Below, one piece after another: positions 1 to 12,700 of a stretch of DNA of 64,000 nt. Both the position numbers and the translations under genes were made by a program. The notes under the pieces are model-generated. The model was given only the letters and a program-made list of their open reading frames with translations. It ran no database searches and was not told the origin of the DNA. The stretch lies in contig NIVC01003526.1 in assembly GCA_002269645.1 (NCBI GenBank), positions 1 through 64,000 on the forward strand, in the 5' to 3' direction. The stretch is from Macrostomum lignano (lineage: Eukaryota). Positions within the stretch are counted from its first letter, which is position 1, and each line of letters begins with the position of its first letter.

Positions 1-594
1 TTTTCGTCTTCCTCTCCTCTGGTAGAAGGGCAAATGGTGCAGTTTCCCCGGGCAATCCACTCTAATTGGTGACGGGTTCCCTCTTTCTCTTCCCTGTTAA
101 TGTACAATTGGTGGCAGTTTTCCCTAGCAACCTCTCTCAAAATGGTGGCTGATCCTCCTTTTCTTTTCTTTGGTAATGCGCCAAGGTGGTGGTAGGTTCC
201 CCTTTCTCTTTTATAATAGTACATCAAACTGGTGGCAGTCAAATTAATGATTAATTCCTCTTTCAAACTCTTTCGGCTGTTAAGTTTTTGAGGGTTTCGG
301 AGATGTGAATGAGGCCTGTGTGTGTTTCTGTGTGTGCCACTATTTTTAATTTCACTATTTTTCTAATAAAAACTTGTTTTTCTAATATGCCACCTTTTAC
401 TAATAATATACGAGTCTTTGTTGTGCGTCAATCAAATTCATAAAAATAAGTCTGTGTTGGCCTCTCACTCTTAGTACCGTAAGAAAAGACATATTGTACT
501 ACTACTACAGTTGGCTCAGTTTAATATGAAAGGCATGACAAGTGGGTGGATTTCGTTTAACGTATAGGCGAAAGGAAATCAGGTTGGTGATGGG

Positions 595-707
595 ACTTAC
601 CGAGTAGTTGTATAGTTTGGAAAATCGCGCTGAGTGCCTTGGTTGGAAACTGCGACTCCGTGTAGGTTGCAGGCAGCCGGCTCCCGTTATCAGTGGCGCC
701 TTTTATA
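595..707 (-). promoter_or_regulatory. Candidate minus-strand Pol II promoter with short non-coding first exon
   Basis: TATAAAAG on minus at 707-700, then ~100 nt ending in CG|GTAAGT donor (600-595); CCAAT-like AGCCAGTCAG near 770. Confidence 0.4.
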
Positions 708-2160
708 CAGTGGCCAGCGCACGGCGCGGCGCCTCCCAGCCTACAACCGATCGCCCCGAAGCCCTCTGACTGGCTGAAGCGGGGTCCGAGCCTTCAAGGA
801 CGCTAGGCCTCCGTGCGGTTGAACTCCCGGCGAAATTAGCTTATTAATTTACTGCGCTGCATTAGTATTTTTCCCCTGTGTAATCGTCATTCTCCCCGAG
901 GCTCTGCCCTTGCTGTGTGCTAGCAACCCTTCCCCCCTTCTTTTTCCCCACTTCCCTCACCCTTCCCCGTTTCCTCTCTTTCCCAGCTGCGCTTCTATCC
1001 AATTATGATAATTTATTGTTGACAATTCGCTATTTTTCTCCCTACTATTGCGCTGTCTGTGTTTCCCCCCTCCCACTTTAGCCACAGCAACAGTTGAAAT
1101 TTTTGAAATTCTGTATTGCACTCCAACCTATGTATCTCGTTTTGTGAATTTATTGCTATCCCCTCTATTTTATCGCCTTTTTCCATTCCCGCTCGCGGTT
1201 TGTTAATTCTGTGATTTCACGTTCGGTTGAGATCCCGCTCCCGTCTGTGTGGTTCCATGTTGGGCAGTGATGATGACGGAACCAGTTCCGTCACAAAAGG
1301 CAGTGGGGGTGTGATGTAACCACGCTCTGGTCGCGGGATAGGGCATGGGAACTTTTTCGAAAGTGCCTCCTATCCCGTGCACCCTCTGCACAGAGCTGTC
1401 GAGACTCGGCCAGGTCTCCGACCGGGCCTGGAGACTCCCGCTCTGCTGCACCCCTCCTGCTGCCTTGGTCCCGTCTCTCCTGCCGCCACACCTGCCTTTC
1501 CGGAGCCCCTACCCCTTTCTGTACCTCCCCCTCTACCCTATCTCTTCTGTTCCCGCCCTATTCTTCCTGTACTTTCTCTACCTCCTCCCTTTTTTTGTCT
1601 CCCTCTGCACTCTTTTCCTGCGCTGTCCCCTCTTTCCCTGTGTCTACTTACAGTACTTTGTGTGCTCACCGTCTCCCCATCCCCTCTCAAACTCCCAAAC
1701 GGTGACGCAAGTCGTGTGACCCCTTCTCCCCCTCGGTGACTCATCGATGACTCATCCCCCTCTCTTGCGCAACCTTTTCTCACGCTATTGTTCTCCTTCC
1801 CAAATTTCTCATGTGACACCCACCCCACCTCCGCTTCTATTGTTCTCGTTTTTGCTTCTTTTGTTCTCTCGACCCCCACCAATTATCACATTTTCTCCGA
1901 TTTTCTCTTTCTTTTGTTCTCGTTTTCGCACCTAATTATCACCTTTTCTCCAATGTTTACTTTTCCATTGTTCTCAGTTTTCCCCAATTATCCCCGATTT
2001 CCAATTCCTTTGTTCTCGACCCCAGCCCTATTGTTCTCAATGTTTGCTTGCGCAACACTTTCGCGACCACCCGCTGCGCCAATTATCCCCCCACCCCACC
2101 TCCGGATTGCGCAATTTCCCGATTTCTCATGTTGCTATGCCGGTCTCATGCTTCTCATCA

Positions 2161-2589
2161 TGACTCATTCTGACGTCATTCTGCCGGCAGCCAATCAGAG
2201 AGAGGGAGCCATGGTAACGACCTTGAGGAGGCGGCTGTGAGGTCTATAAAAGGAAGCGATTTCGGCATGAGAATACTCAACTGAGTTTATCTCTGTTCCT
2301 CTCCTCGTCCTTCTTTGGACTTGCTGTCAGATTGAGTTCTGACCCACTCGTCTATAAGACGAATCCCTGCCGGCCCGCGTCTGTTACCGCCAAGTTATCC
2401 TTAGCTCCCCAAGTGAGCTCGCCTATCGGCCAGCGGTCTGATACCGCCCCGCATCATCAGCATCGCCTGATCTACATCAGCGCCTCGTCGCTCCAGCGCA
2501 TCGCCGCTTCACCGTCTGCCTGACTGCAGCCTACAGCCGCCCTCGGTCACTCCGTCTCTCTCTCTCTCTCTGTGCAGCTGCCGGTAAGT
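2161..2589 (+). promoter_or_regulatory. Candidate plus-strand Pol II promoter with non-coding first exon
   Basis: TGACTCA 2161, TGACGTCA 2171, CCAAT 2191, TATAAAAG 2245, and CG|GTAAGT donor at 2584-2589. Confidence 0.5.
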
Positions 2590-5500
2590 TCCTGCTACTA
2601 ATTTGTGCTCTAATTGCCTTTGCTTATCCGGGGTTTGCCTATTTTCCATTGTCTGATTAGAGAGCTGAGCCAATTGTGATACCGTATCTTTTGCTGTATT
2701 TTACTCAATAGTGAAGCCGCCTAATTGCCTGACTATTTGCCTAAGGCCTAATTATTAACTATTAACTAACTTCATCATTATCCAATCTTTCACCATCATT
2801 TCACTCATGGCTTGCTAAGCCTTTCTCCCGGGGTGGCAAAGCATAAGGAAGTTTGGGTAAGCTAATGGCCTCTCCCCGTGCAAAGCCCGCCTGTGAGGGC
2901 GTGCTGCGGGGCCGCGTGTGCGTGCAGTAGAGGGATTAGCGAGTCTTGGCACAGCATGGCAGTAGGAAGGTTGCAACCCCATGCTAACGCGTCCCTTCGC
3001 CCTGAGCAATCTAAACTGTAGACAGTACATGTTCGCCTCATACTACTCTTAGTAATCAAAGTCGCAAGTCAGCCTCGCTCACAGCCACAAAGGATCCCCT
3101 GCTGAGAAATCCTCCAGGATTGAGCCCAGAGTTCCCGATCATGCCCCAAGCAGAGTCCCTGTACTCGGCTGCATGCGTCTCCCCTGTTAGCCTAAATCCC
3201 CTGGTAACCAATCCAGGCGGGGCTCTAGCCTCGAGAGGTCTGGTAGAAAGATCCAGGTGCGCCAGGTCACATAGAGTGGTGGCAGCCACTCGGTCATACT
3301 ATGACCGAGTGACCAACTATTGCACCTTGGCTACAGGTGGGGTCCATGTGGGTCCTTGGCCCTCTGGTCACGAAGCGCTACCAAAGCTACTAATCATGTG
3401 GGCGGGACAGTCTGGTGCTGGAGGTCCGTCAGGTCATTGCCCGGTCATAGGCAGCCTACGGTCATTGCCCCCTCTAGTCATGCGTTCGTCTCTCTACGGA
3501 GCGGACAGGCGACAAGGGCGGTTACATCACTATAAGTTATAATCACTACACTTGTATATAGGTATTGACTATCTAAATGCAATGCTAAAACCTAGTTAAC
3601 ATTACTAGATTGTCTAAACTACATTTATTGTACAAAAAAATATAAAATAAGTTTCTTGTTCCTATCTTGCAGTACATCTAATAATCTGATCCACTCTTTA
3701 TATACTATTTCATTATATTATAAAAATAGTTAACTACTAAAATAACCTATAGGCTATAGATAAGCATGGCAGCCATAATCATTAGCAGGCAAAGGGCAGT
3801 TGCAAGGCCATGCAACCTAGACTATAGGCAGCATTACAGAGTTTTGTTGAGATGTGGTAGCTCAAGTTTATTCAAGTCCCTAGGTTACTAATTCCTTAGG
3901 ATACTAAGTAGCCTTATTGATACCACAAGATATAAAGTCATATGTATCAATCTGCATGCCTGCTAAGTTTCATTTGCACAAAGCAAAGATTTAGTAAGAT
4001 TGATAAGATTAAAGCTAGAGATATACAAAGATAGTTGCTTGCTAAAATCTGCCTTAGTGTTATCCTAATATTGTTTACCAAACAGGGGCATAGGGAGGGG
4101 GATAGGGGAGATGTATCCCCCACCAAAGAGCCTGACCAAAACTTTTTTGTTGCTATACATGCTACCATGTGATTCTGTCATAGCACTTTTACCTTGGTAT
4201 ATCCCCCCATAGGAAATTCCTAGCTACACCCCTGTTACCAAACTATAAATAAAGTCAATACCTAAGAAGCTAAGGAAAAAATCAAAGTCTGACCCTTTTA
4301 GAAATTTTATACTTTAATATACTACATTAATAAAAGTGTAAGAGGCTAAGTACTTTGTGCTTTTAAGGCTATTTATGTAGACTAATTAAAGGTAGCTCTA
4401 TAGTATTTATGCATCTAAGTACTAATATTCTAATCATGCTTGGGGGCAACCTAGAAATTCACCTGGTTGTTTCTATTGGCAACACATACATGCAAGTCAC
4501 TATTGGACAGAATAGTAATCACATGACTATTCTCAGCCAATAGCAAATTACATGTGTGTGTTGCCAATAGAAACGGCCAAGTGATTCCCAGTGTTGTGCA
4601 TGTATGATTTTAAGTGTGCTAGTTTAAATATTTTTATTTGTTTAAGAAACAAATTTAAACAAACACAATAGCACTAGACTATTTTTGCTCAGTGCATATA
4701 AAAACTTGACTTTTAAGTGTTGGGTTTGTGTTTGTAGTTTTGCTTGGTAAGTTCATGCCACACTTGTCTCTTTCTTTCTCATTTACTTTGTGCATTCTTT
4801 CTATGCCTTTTGATATTCAGGTTTGTACTTGCACATTTGTGGATGCTTTTAGCCCTAAATATTATTGATTCAATATTTATATTGCACCTACCCTGCTATA
4901 TGCTAATTATCAATAAAAAGGTTTGCCTATGGGCTATTGTTTCCTCACCTCTTTTTGCTTGCAATTATGACTTGACTTGTCAATTTGTGTGAGAAAATTG
5001 TAAGCATTTGCTACCATGACATCAGTGGTGACCAATGTGATAAATTGCAGCATCAAAAATGACGGATACAAATTTTGCATCAACAATTAAAGGGGCTATC
5101 TAGTAATAAAATGGGATCATCAAGAGCTTTATGAAATATCTATTTATGACTGCTTCTTGCCTCATCTTATAACATGTGAAATGGTAGAGTATTTCAAGCA
5201 AGGTAACCTTCAATTTTACATTCTCATTTGATAAAATTGCACAAAGGTGACTTGTTGCCATTGACACTTGTTGCTATTTCTAGATCTATGGCAGGAGCAC
5301 TGCTTGGGTCTGCACTTAACTGAGAGCTTGGAAAAGTGTAGTCACCTAAATATACCCTTACTTTGTGATACTGACATATAATGATAATAAAAAGATTTTT
5401 TTTACTTTAAATTTTTAGCTCAAATGACTTTAACTTTATTAATCAATTTTAATTGCTAAATTGGTTTATTTTAATTGTTTGTTTTATTTGTCATTGATTT

Positions 5501-6328
5501 TTAAACTTGTTGCTTACTTGCATTAAACTTGCCAATAACTTTTTGCCAAAGTGGATCAACTTTAATGAATCATTTGCCAAAATGTCTAGCTTTAGACAAA
5601 ATGGTTGTTATAAGTCTTTTGCCAAAAATTCCTTTGCCAAATGGGTTGACTACTATTATAGGAATAAGTTAATAGAAATAGACAAGCCTTAAATTTTTAT
5701 GACTAGGCCCTATTATATCACATCATTTTTGGTGGCTTTTGAAGGCCTCACATGCCAACCACCTTGGACGCCTGCTACCCCTCTGTCACGACCGACAGAG
5801 ATCTTCAATGAACAGATACAAGGCTTTATAATTTACTGTGGCTCACAGTTGGTCCCAATCAACAGCAGGGGCAGGAGGAGAAATAAAGAATCTTCTTTCC
5901 TGAGAATCAATGTATTTATAGCCCAGCCTTCAAACTGGCTAGGATAAGATCAAGTGGGTGGCACCATATCTGACCTTCCCATTCCTCTTTCTCTTTTTTA
6001 TTGGCAAGTCATAGGACCCTTAAGCCTTAGGGCCTACTAATGTCTAAAGACAAAGTCTCTAAATGTAATAATATTGATAATTATTTTAATATAAATCATG
6101 ATTTGGCAACCTTTTAGTTTAGCATATTTAATTATTTTTTGAAAAATAATAACTTTTGTAATTATTGCAAATAAATATTTGAGCTTATGCAAATATAAGA
6201 TGTGGTAGTATATATATTTTATGTCTATGTCTACTAGTTTGAGATGGTTATTGGCTATATCTATGACCAAAACCTAGGGGGCCTATAATCACTCTTTGTT
6301 TTTTTAAGGGACTAGGATAGGAGAGATA

Positions 6329-6626
6329 CATACATGCGCAACCCCCAAAATTTGGTCGGCCGTGCGACTTAGTTTTAACAAAAATGCGACGTAGTTTTTG
6401 GCCAAAAATGCGACTTACATGTAAAAAAACCCTAAAGCAAAATTAACGCAACTTTGGGTAAACGGCAGGAGTAACTATAACTGTCTTATTGAGCCAAAAT
6501 GCCTCGTCAGCTACTTAGTACTACTACTTGGGTTTTTATTCAGGTAGGCATTTTTGCAACTTCCTTGGTTGGCCGCCAAATCGGTCGGCCGGATCGGCCG
6601 ACTCGGCCGACTGTTGCGCATGTATG
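6329..6626. mobile_element. 298-bp MITE (P- or hAT-like) containing a 28S rDNA-like fragment
   Basis: Perfect 14-bp TIR CATACATGCGCAAC/GTTGCGCATGTATG; exact 8-bp TSD GAGAGATA at 6321-6328 and 6627-6634; subterminal GGTCGGCCG/CGGCCGAC repeats. Confidence 0.85.
6456..6519 (+). other. Degenerate fragment of LSU (28S) rRNA, H69-H71 region
   Basis: GGGTAAACGGCAGGAGTAACTATAACTGTCTTATTGAGCCAAAATGCCTCGTCAGCTACTTAGT versus recalled 28S GGGTAAACGGCGGGAGTAACTATGACTCTCTTAAGGTAGCCAAATGCCTCGTCATCTAATTAGT. Confidence 0.8.
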
Positions 6627-7188
6627 GAGAGATAGGCTACCCAACTATTTGACAATTAACTACTAGCTGTATTTTATAGATCCCAACAATCTGAATGTCC
6701 ATACTAATATAATTGAAGACAATTATAAGTACAATTCATTGAAGACTCTGGTTTTCTGACTTAGTCATTTAAGCAGGATTGCAAGTTGGAAATACCATGT
6801 TGAATAGAAAGGGCATTTTGCAAGTGCAGTTAAGCAGGGATTGCCAAACAAGCATTTTGCTCAGTAAAGAAAGGTGGATTGCCCAGTAGAAAGGGAGGAT
6901 TCCCAAGAAAATAGATTCAGGCTGTTGCAGCTAAGCGTGATGCAATATTAGTCAGGAGAGACAGTATTAAAGCCAGAAACCCCTCAGTCCATGGTAACGC
7001 TGTGTTGGACTGATTAGTTGAGGAATTAGTAATAGCAGTAGTAGTCAGCAGTGTCTTGCCGCTCGGGCACTGAAGCTACCCAGGATAATTCATACCGACG
7101 ATAGCCCATAACGTATATAATACATATAGGTTTAAAAGTTGACCTAGGATTCTTAGAAATAAATAAATAATAGATTTAGTACAATTAG

Positions 7189-7804
7189 GGGTACCAGTCG
7201 TTTCGGTGACAAATAGTCGTTTCGGTGACAAGTTGCTTTTGTGATAGACACACTTCATTTTTTATGAAAAATTAAAGATATAATAATTATTGGTGATAAG
7301 AGGCGCTTGATAACGTTAGCTTGGCTTGTAGTTATTTTGTTAAGACTTATGCTTCGTACATATTTAAAAATTTTCGTCGAAAGACTAATATATTTAGGAA
7401 AACAAATAAAACTAAATTATGTTGTTTTTTTCCTGTACAGACCGTTTTGAATTGTCTCAAAGTTTTCAGAGACTTAAACCATAAACCTATATAGAGAATC
7501 CTCATGAAATGCCGACCACGAGAAAAGCAGAAATTGACGCTACACGTTTGGATGAAAAAACAATTCAAAAGACCGCCACTCTTTAATTGTAAATAAACAA
7601 AATCAAATAAAGCTGAACTTAACCTTTTCAAATAATTATAAAGCTTTAGGTTCAATATCCTTTAAGATTTGCAAGCTAATTTTCTGTTTAAAAACAGAAT
7701 GGCTATCACTTGAAAAGGGTATTTTTCTTGTCACCGAAATGACTTTTGCTTGTCACCGAAAGGACTGTCACCGAAACGTCTTGTCACCGAAATGACTGTA
7801 ATCC
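7189..7804. mobile_element. 616-bp MITE (Merlin- or MULE-like)
   Basis: ~24-bp imperfect TIR starting GG (GGGTACCAGTCGTTTCGGTGACAA vs GGATTACAGTCATTTCGGTGACAA); exact 8-bp TSD ACAATTAG (7181-7188, 7805-7812); subterminal TGTCACCGAAA repeats. Confidence 0.8.
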
Positions 7805-9786
7805 ACAATTAGTAAAATCTTAATAGAGTTAAATACATCTCTATAATAACTTGGTGTTAATCGGTGGGATCCTTAAGTACGTCGGGATTGTTAGGCCTAG
7901 TACACTATTATTAGTATTCAGTATACTAACGTCTAGTAGTAAAATTATAATTAGCCTGTTTGCAGTCAGTCACAATCGACTAGAAAAAATCCTTTGCGCC
8001 AACAGTAACCCAGCTGTGCTCTGCATCTGACGCCAAATTCCAAAAATTTCGGACGGTAAACAGTAACATTGTAACAACGTACTCACTCAACCTACTCGAC
8101 GAGACGAGATGGATTTTTGTTCCAACTCTTAAGTTACTAACTAACTCTGATCTGTGCATGCTCATAACACGAATTAAGATTACTTTTAAATTCAAGATAA
8201 TGCAGTACTTATTTATAATAACAAATGAAGACACTAAAACCTTAATGATTTTATTTAAGAGCAAGCAAATCTTTCTGTTTCTGTTTTAACATAAGCAAAC
8301 TTTACTTTCGAAACTGATACAACATCATGAACAATTGCAAGATTATCATCTATACAGACAGAAGCCTGCCATTTTGAAATCACAAGTTTAATAATTAAAA
8401 TAAATGGATTCTTTGCTAAAAGTACTTTACAAACTACTTCATCGAAAGCATGTTAGCTCTTATTCTAATAATATATTTGCAAAATTACGAGCACCTTTCG
8501 AATTGTACATCGGTTGACTGCTAATCCACTGCTTCATCTTTATTAGATATGACTTTAAAAGAAGCAGCTGAAAAAATGACCAATTAAGTGTTCCTTGGCT
8601 GACAATTTTAGATTAGGGCCTAGATATCTGAATTGCTTTTCATTTAACCTGACATGTACACGTATGTGACAAGGACCACAGGAACACTTCGTTATATCGT
8701 CTAAGTCTAGTAGTCCTTGAGTAGAGAAGGTTCTTATTAGTGTGACTGCTGGGCTTCCACGCTACATACAAGCAACTGTGTGTAGAGCTTTCTTTGGTTG
8801 GTCAAGAATTTGGAGATTGGGTTTAAATTTTCCCACATAATTATTCCTTAACCGATTGTTGATGTACATGTATTTATTGTATTGGTCTCATTTTACAGAT
8901 AAGATTAGTCAGACAAAACAATAGAAAGAGCGATTTAATCGCTGCAAGTGTAGACACAGCGGCATCTGCAGCGACTCCAGGCTTTGATTAGTGTGTATTT
9001 AGCACTTTATAGTAGGTAAGCTGCGGCATAAATATTTTTGCGTATTGGTAGTACATGATAATACCTGTAACATCCAATCAGTCTGGAGATTCGTTGACAG
9101 ATCAAACAAACAATATTATTCAAAAGGATTCATAAATTGAGACTATACAAGCAGAAATATTAAGACACCAGTCTATTCATTTTGTTACTTGATTACTATG
9201 AGTGATTTATTTCGCCCAGCTAAATATCTTCAGAAAATTTACCGTAAAAGACTGTGTCAAAATTTTGCACAATCAAAGTCCAAAGCAGTGTCAGCCAATC
9301 AAATTTCAGCATTCAATTCCAATCCAAATGTGCGCTTCAGATTTCTCTACCCCAGCCAACAGTCGTCTAGCCAATCAGATTTCAGCATTCAATTCCAGTC
9401 TAAATTTACGCTTCAGATTTCTCCACTCTACCCCAGCCGACAGTCGGCTAGCCAATAAAATCGCTGCATGCAGGGACTGAATAAATTATTTTTAAAAATT
9501 TAAATTGAAAAAATTAAGATTTTACGATGACGCAAACTAAAAGGTTAAATGCCGCGATGATAATGGAGTGGACTTGATGAGTAAGGAGATAACAAAACCT
9601 TAAAACCAGAAGCACACAGTCGTTGCGCGTTAGAATGAATGATGAGATCTGCTATAAAAAAGAAGCAGACCTTATAGGTTGTCAATACAAGGCAAACAAA
9701 AAAGAAGCGACTTGACGTGTTTTGCTGGAAAACAACGAGTGTTATTTGCAGCGAATGCAGAAACCTCATCAGACGCCGCGACGCCC

Positions 9787-12700
9787 TCAATTGCAGATGG
9801 ACTTCTTCAAATGGCAGTCGGTGCAGACGACCCTGAACGGATTTGACAGCAGGCGGCAGGTCTTGTGCTGGCACTCCGGATGGTTGCCGGGGTAAGTGTA
9901 GTTGGCTGTGGCGTGGGTCCGGCCGCAGCACATCACGCTGCAGAGAATTTCGCGCCGCCTCTCGCCGCTGCCGCTGCGGATGAGCTGGACGGCCTCGGGA
10001 CTGCCGTCTGGTAGGCACTCGCTGGTGAAGAGGTTGGCGCAGAAGGGGTTTTAATTAGTGTGCGATCGGCGGTGATATGGTCAGCAAAGCCGTGAAGTGT
10101 CAGAAATTCTATCTAAGTGTCGGGAATTCTATGAAAGTGTCGGAAAGGCTATGGACGAGTCAGGAAGGTTATAGAAGTGTCAGAAAGGTTGCGGTAGTGT
10201 CAGGAAGGTTGTGAAAGTGTCAGGAAGGTTATAGAAGTGTCAGAAAAGTTATAGAAGTGTCAGGAAGGCATGGAGTAGAAAATTCAGGAAGGCATGCAGT
10301 AGTAGTGTCAGGAAGGATATAAAGTGTCAGGTAAGCAATACGAGGAGCGAGAAGTGTAAAGGCGAGGCAGAGACAAACCCACACTAGACTATGCAACAGC
10401 AGCTTCAAGGAGGAAGTCAGTAAAATCTTCGGCAAGGCAGGCGAATGCTACTGGAGTATGCTGGTTGGCACTTAGTTAAACATCAGCAGTCGGAGGGCTC
10501 CCAGAGGCGGCGGGAACTTATTAAAAACAAGACTGAATTCGGCGGTATTTTATCGGCAAGCCTCCCGCCGCAGCTGCGCAGAGATTTGCCAGGCTGATCC
10601 CGCAGATTTTGCCCCGGGGGCAGCATTGAGAATCTGCGGCCTGCCGCTGGCCTGTTTACGACTCGGGCTGGTTTTAGTGCTCCGGCAAGTCGTAAATGCT
10701 GGCGCCCCCCCCCCTGGCTGCAGGTGCCGCCCTGCAAACCTGTCGGTAAGCGCAGATTTGTTCTGACAGCTCATAAAAACTCTGCCGAAATTCTATTTCT
10801 AAGTCGCGAAATTTCCGCAAGTTAAAGAGGATCTTGTTTGATGTTGTTTGGGAGCTGGGGATACCCTCAGGCAGCCAGCTCCCCACCAAGTCAAATATGA
10901 AAAAGTAGCGACGAACGAACGGCGCCCTGAAACATTCATCCCTGCCGTGGACCTGCCTTCTACGCAGAAATGAATTCTGCCAGCTGCCACGCGCTTTTCG
11001 GTTTCAATCTGACAGGCAGAAATGCGTTCATTATACTGAAGTTCTGGCTGGCTTCGCCTCTTGCACCATTGCCTGCTGACTAACCTGCAGTGCTAGCTGT
11101 GATGCCTTACCTGACACCTTCGTAGTGTCTTCTCTGACACCCTCTCAGTATCTTCTCTGACATCCTCTCAGTGTCTTCTCTGACATCCTCTCAGTGTCTT
11201 CTCTGACACCCTCTCAGTGTCTTCTCTGACATCCTCTCAGTGTCTTCTCTGACATCCTCTCAGTGTCTTCTCTGACACCCTCTCAGTGTCTTCTCTGACA
11301 TCCTCTCAGTGTCTTCTCTGACACCCTCTCAGTATCTTCTCTGACATCCTCTCAGTGTCTTCTCTGACACCCTCTCAGTGTCTTCTCTGACACCCTCTCA
11401 ATGTCTTCTCTGACACCCTCTCAGTGCCTTCTCTGACACCCTCTCGGTGTCTTCTCTGACACCCTCTCAGTGTCTTCTCTGACACCCTCTCAGTATCTTC
11501 TCTGACACCCTCTCAGTATCTTCTCTGACACCCTCTCAGTGTCTTCCCTGACACCCTCTCGGTGTCTTCTCTGACACCCTCTCAGTGCCTTCTCTAACAC
11601 CCTCTCAGTGCCTTATCTGACACCCTCTCAGTGCCTTCTCTGACACCCTCTCAGTGCCTTCTCTGACACCCTCTCAGGTTCGTCTCTGACCCCCTGACCC
11701 CCCGGAGTCTCCCGACCCCAGAGCCCCGCCGCCTCACCGTCCCGCAGTGCCGGGGAAGCGGCCCTCCCTGATGCTGCAGTAGTCCAGGGAGTGCTCGTGG
11801 AACAGCAGCGCGTTCTCCTTCGGCAGGCCGGGAACAACCTTGAAGGCCTCGCAGGCCGGCTGACCGCGCAGCGGGTTCGGCAGACGGTCGGCCTCCGAGC
11901 ACGGCTCCTCGTAGCCCTGGTAGCCAGTCTCGTCGAATACGGTTCGGCGCAGCTTCTGCAGATTTTGATTGATGCTGGGGGATAAAACTCGCCTTTTCTC
12001 CCCTTCACCCTTCACCCGAACAGAGCCCTCACCCAACCCAACACACTTCACCCTTCTCTCTTCGCCCTTTGTTATTCATCCCCCATCATCCATCCCCCAT
12101 CATCCATCCCCCATCATCCATCCCCCATCATCCATCCCCCATCATCCATCCCTCACCATCCATCCCCCATCATCCATCCCTCACCATTCATCCCCCATCA
12201 TCCATCCCTCACCATCCATCCCTCACCATCCATCCCTCACCATCCATCCCTCACCATCCATCCCTCACCATCCATCCCTCACCATCCATCCCTCACCATC
12301 CATCCCTCATCATCCATCCCTCACCATCCATCCCTCATCAAACATCCCCCATCATCCATCCCCCATCATCCATCCCCCATCATCCATCCCTCACCATCCA
12401 TCCCTCACCATCCATCCCTCACCATCCATCCCTCACCATCCATCCCTCATCAAACATCCCCCATCATCCATCCCCCATCATCCATCCCCCATCATCCATC
12501 CCTCACCATCCATCCCTCACCATCCATCCCTCACCATCCATCCCTCACCATCCATCCCTCACCATCCATCCCCCATCATCCATCCCCCATCATCCATCCC
12601 TCACCATTCATCCCCCATCATCCATCCCTCACCATCCATCCCTCACCATCCATCCCTCACCATCCATCCCTCACCATCCATCCCTCACCATCCATCCCTC

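Noticed and set aside
5000-5690. DGYKFCINN FLYWCH-like peptide and TTTGCCAAA repeats suggesting a decayed MULE
   Set aside because: Interrupted by stops, too short, and no matching opposite end or TSD found
6456-6519. Functional rRNA gene
   Set aside because: Only ~64 nt, diverged, and embedded in a MITE
9280-9547. ~70-bp CCAAT-containing direct repeats and a piggyBac-like AAAAGG-TTAA end
   Set aside because: No partner TIR located, so element boundaries cannot be supported
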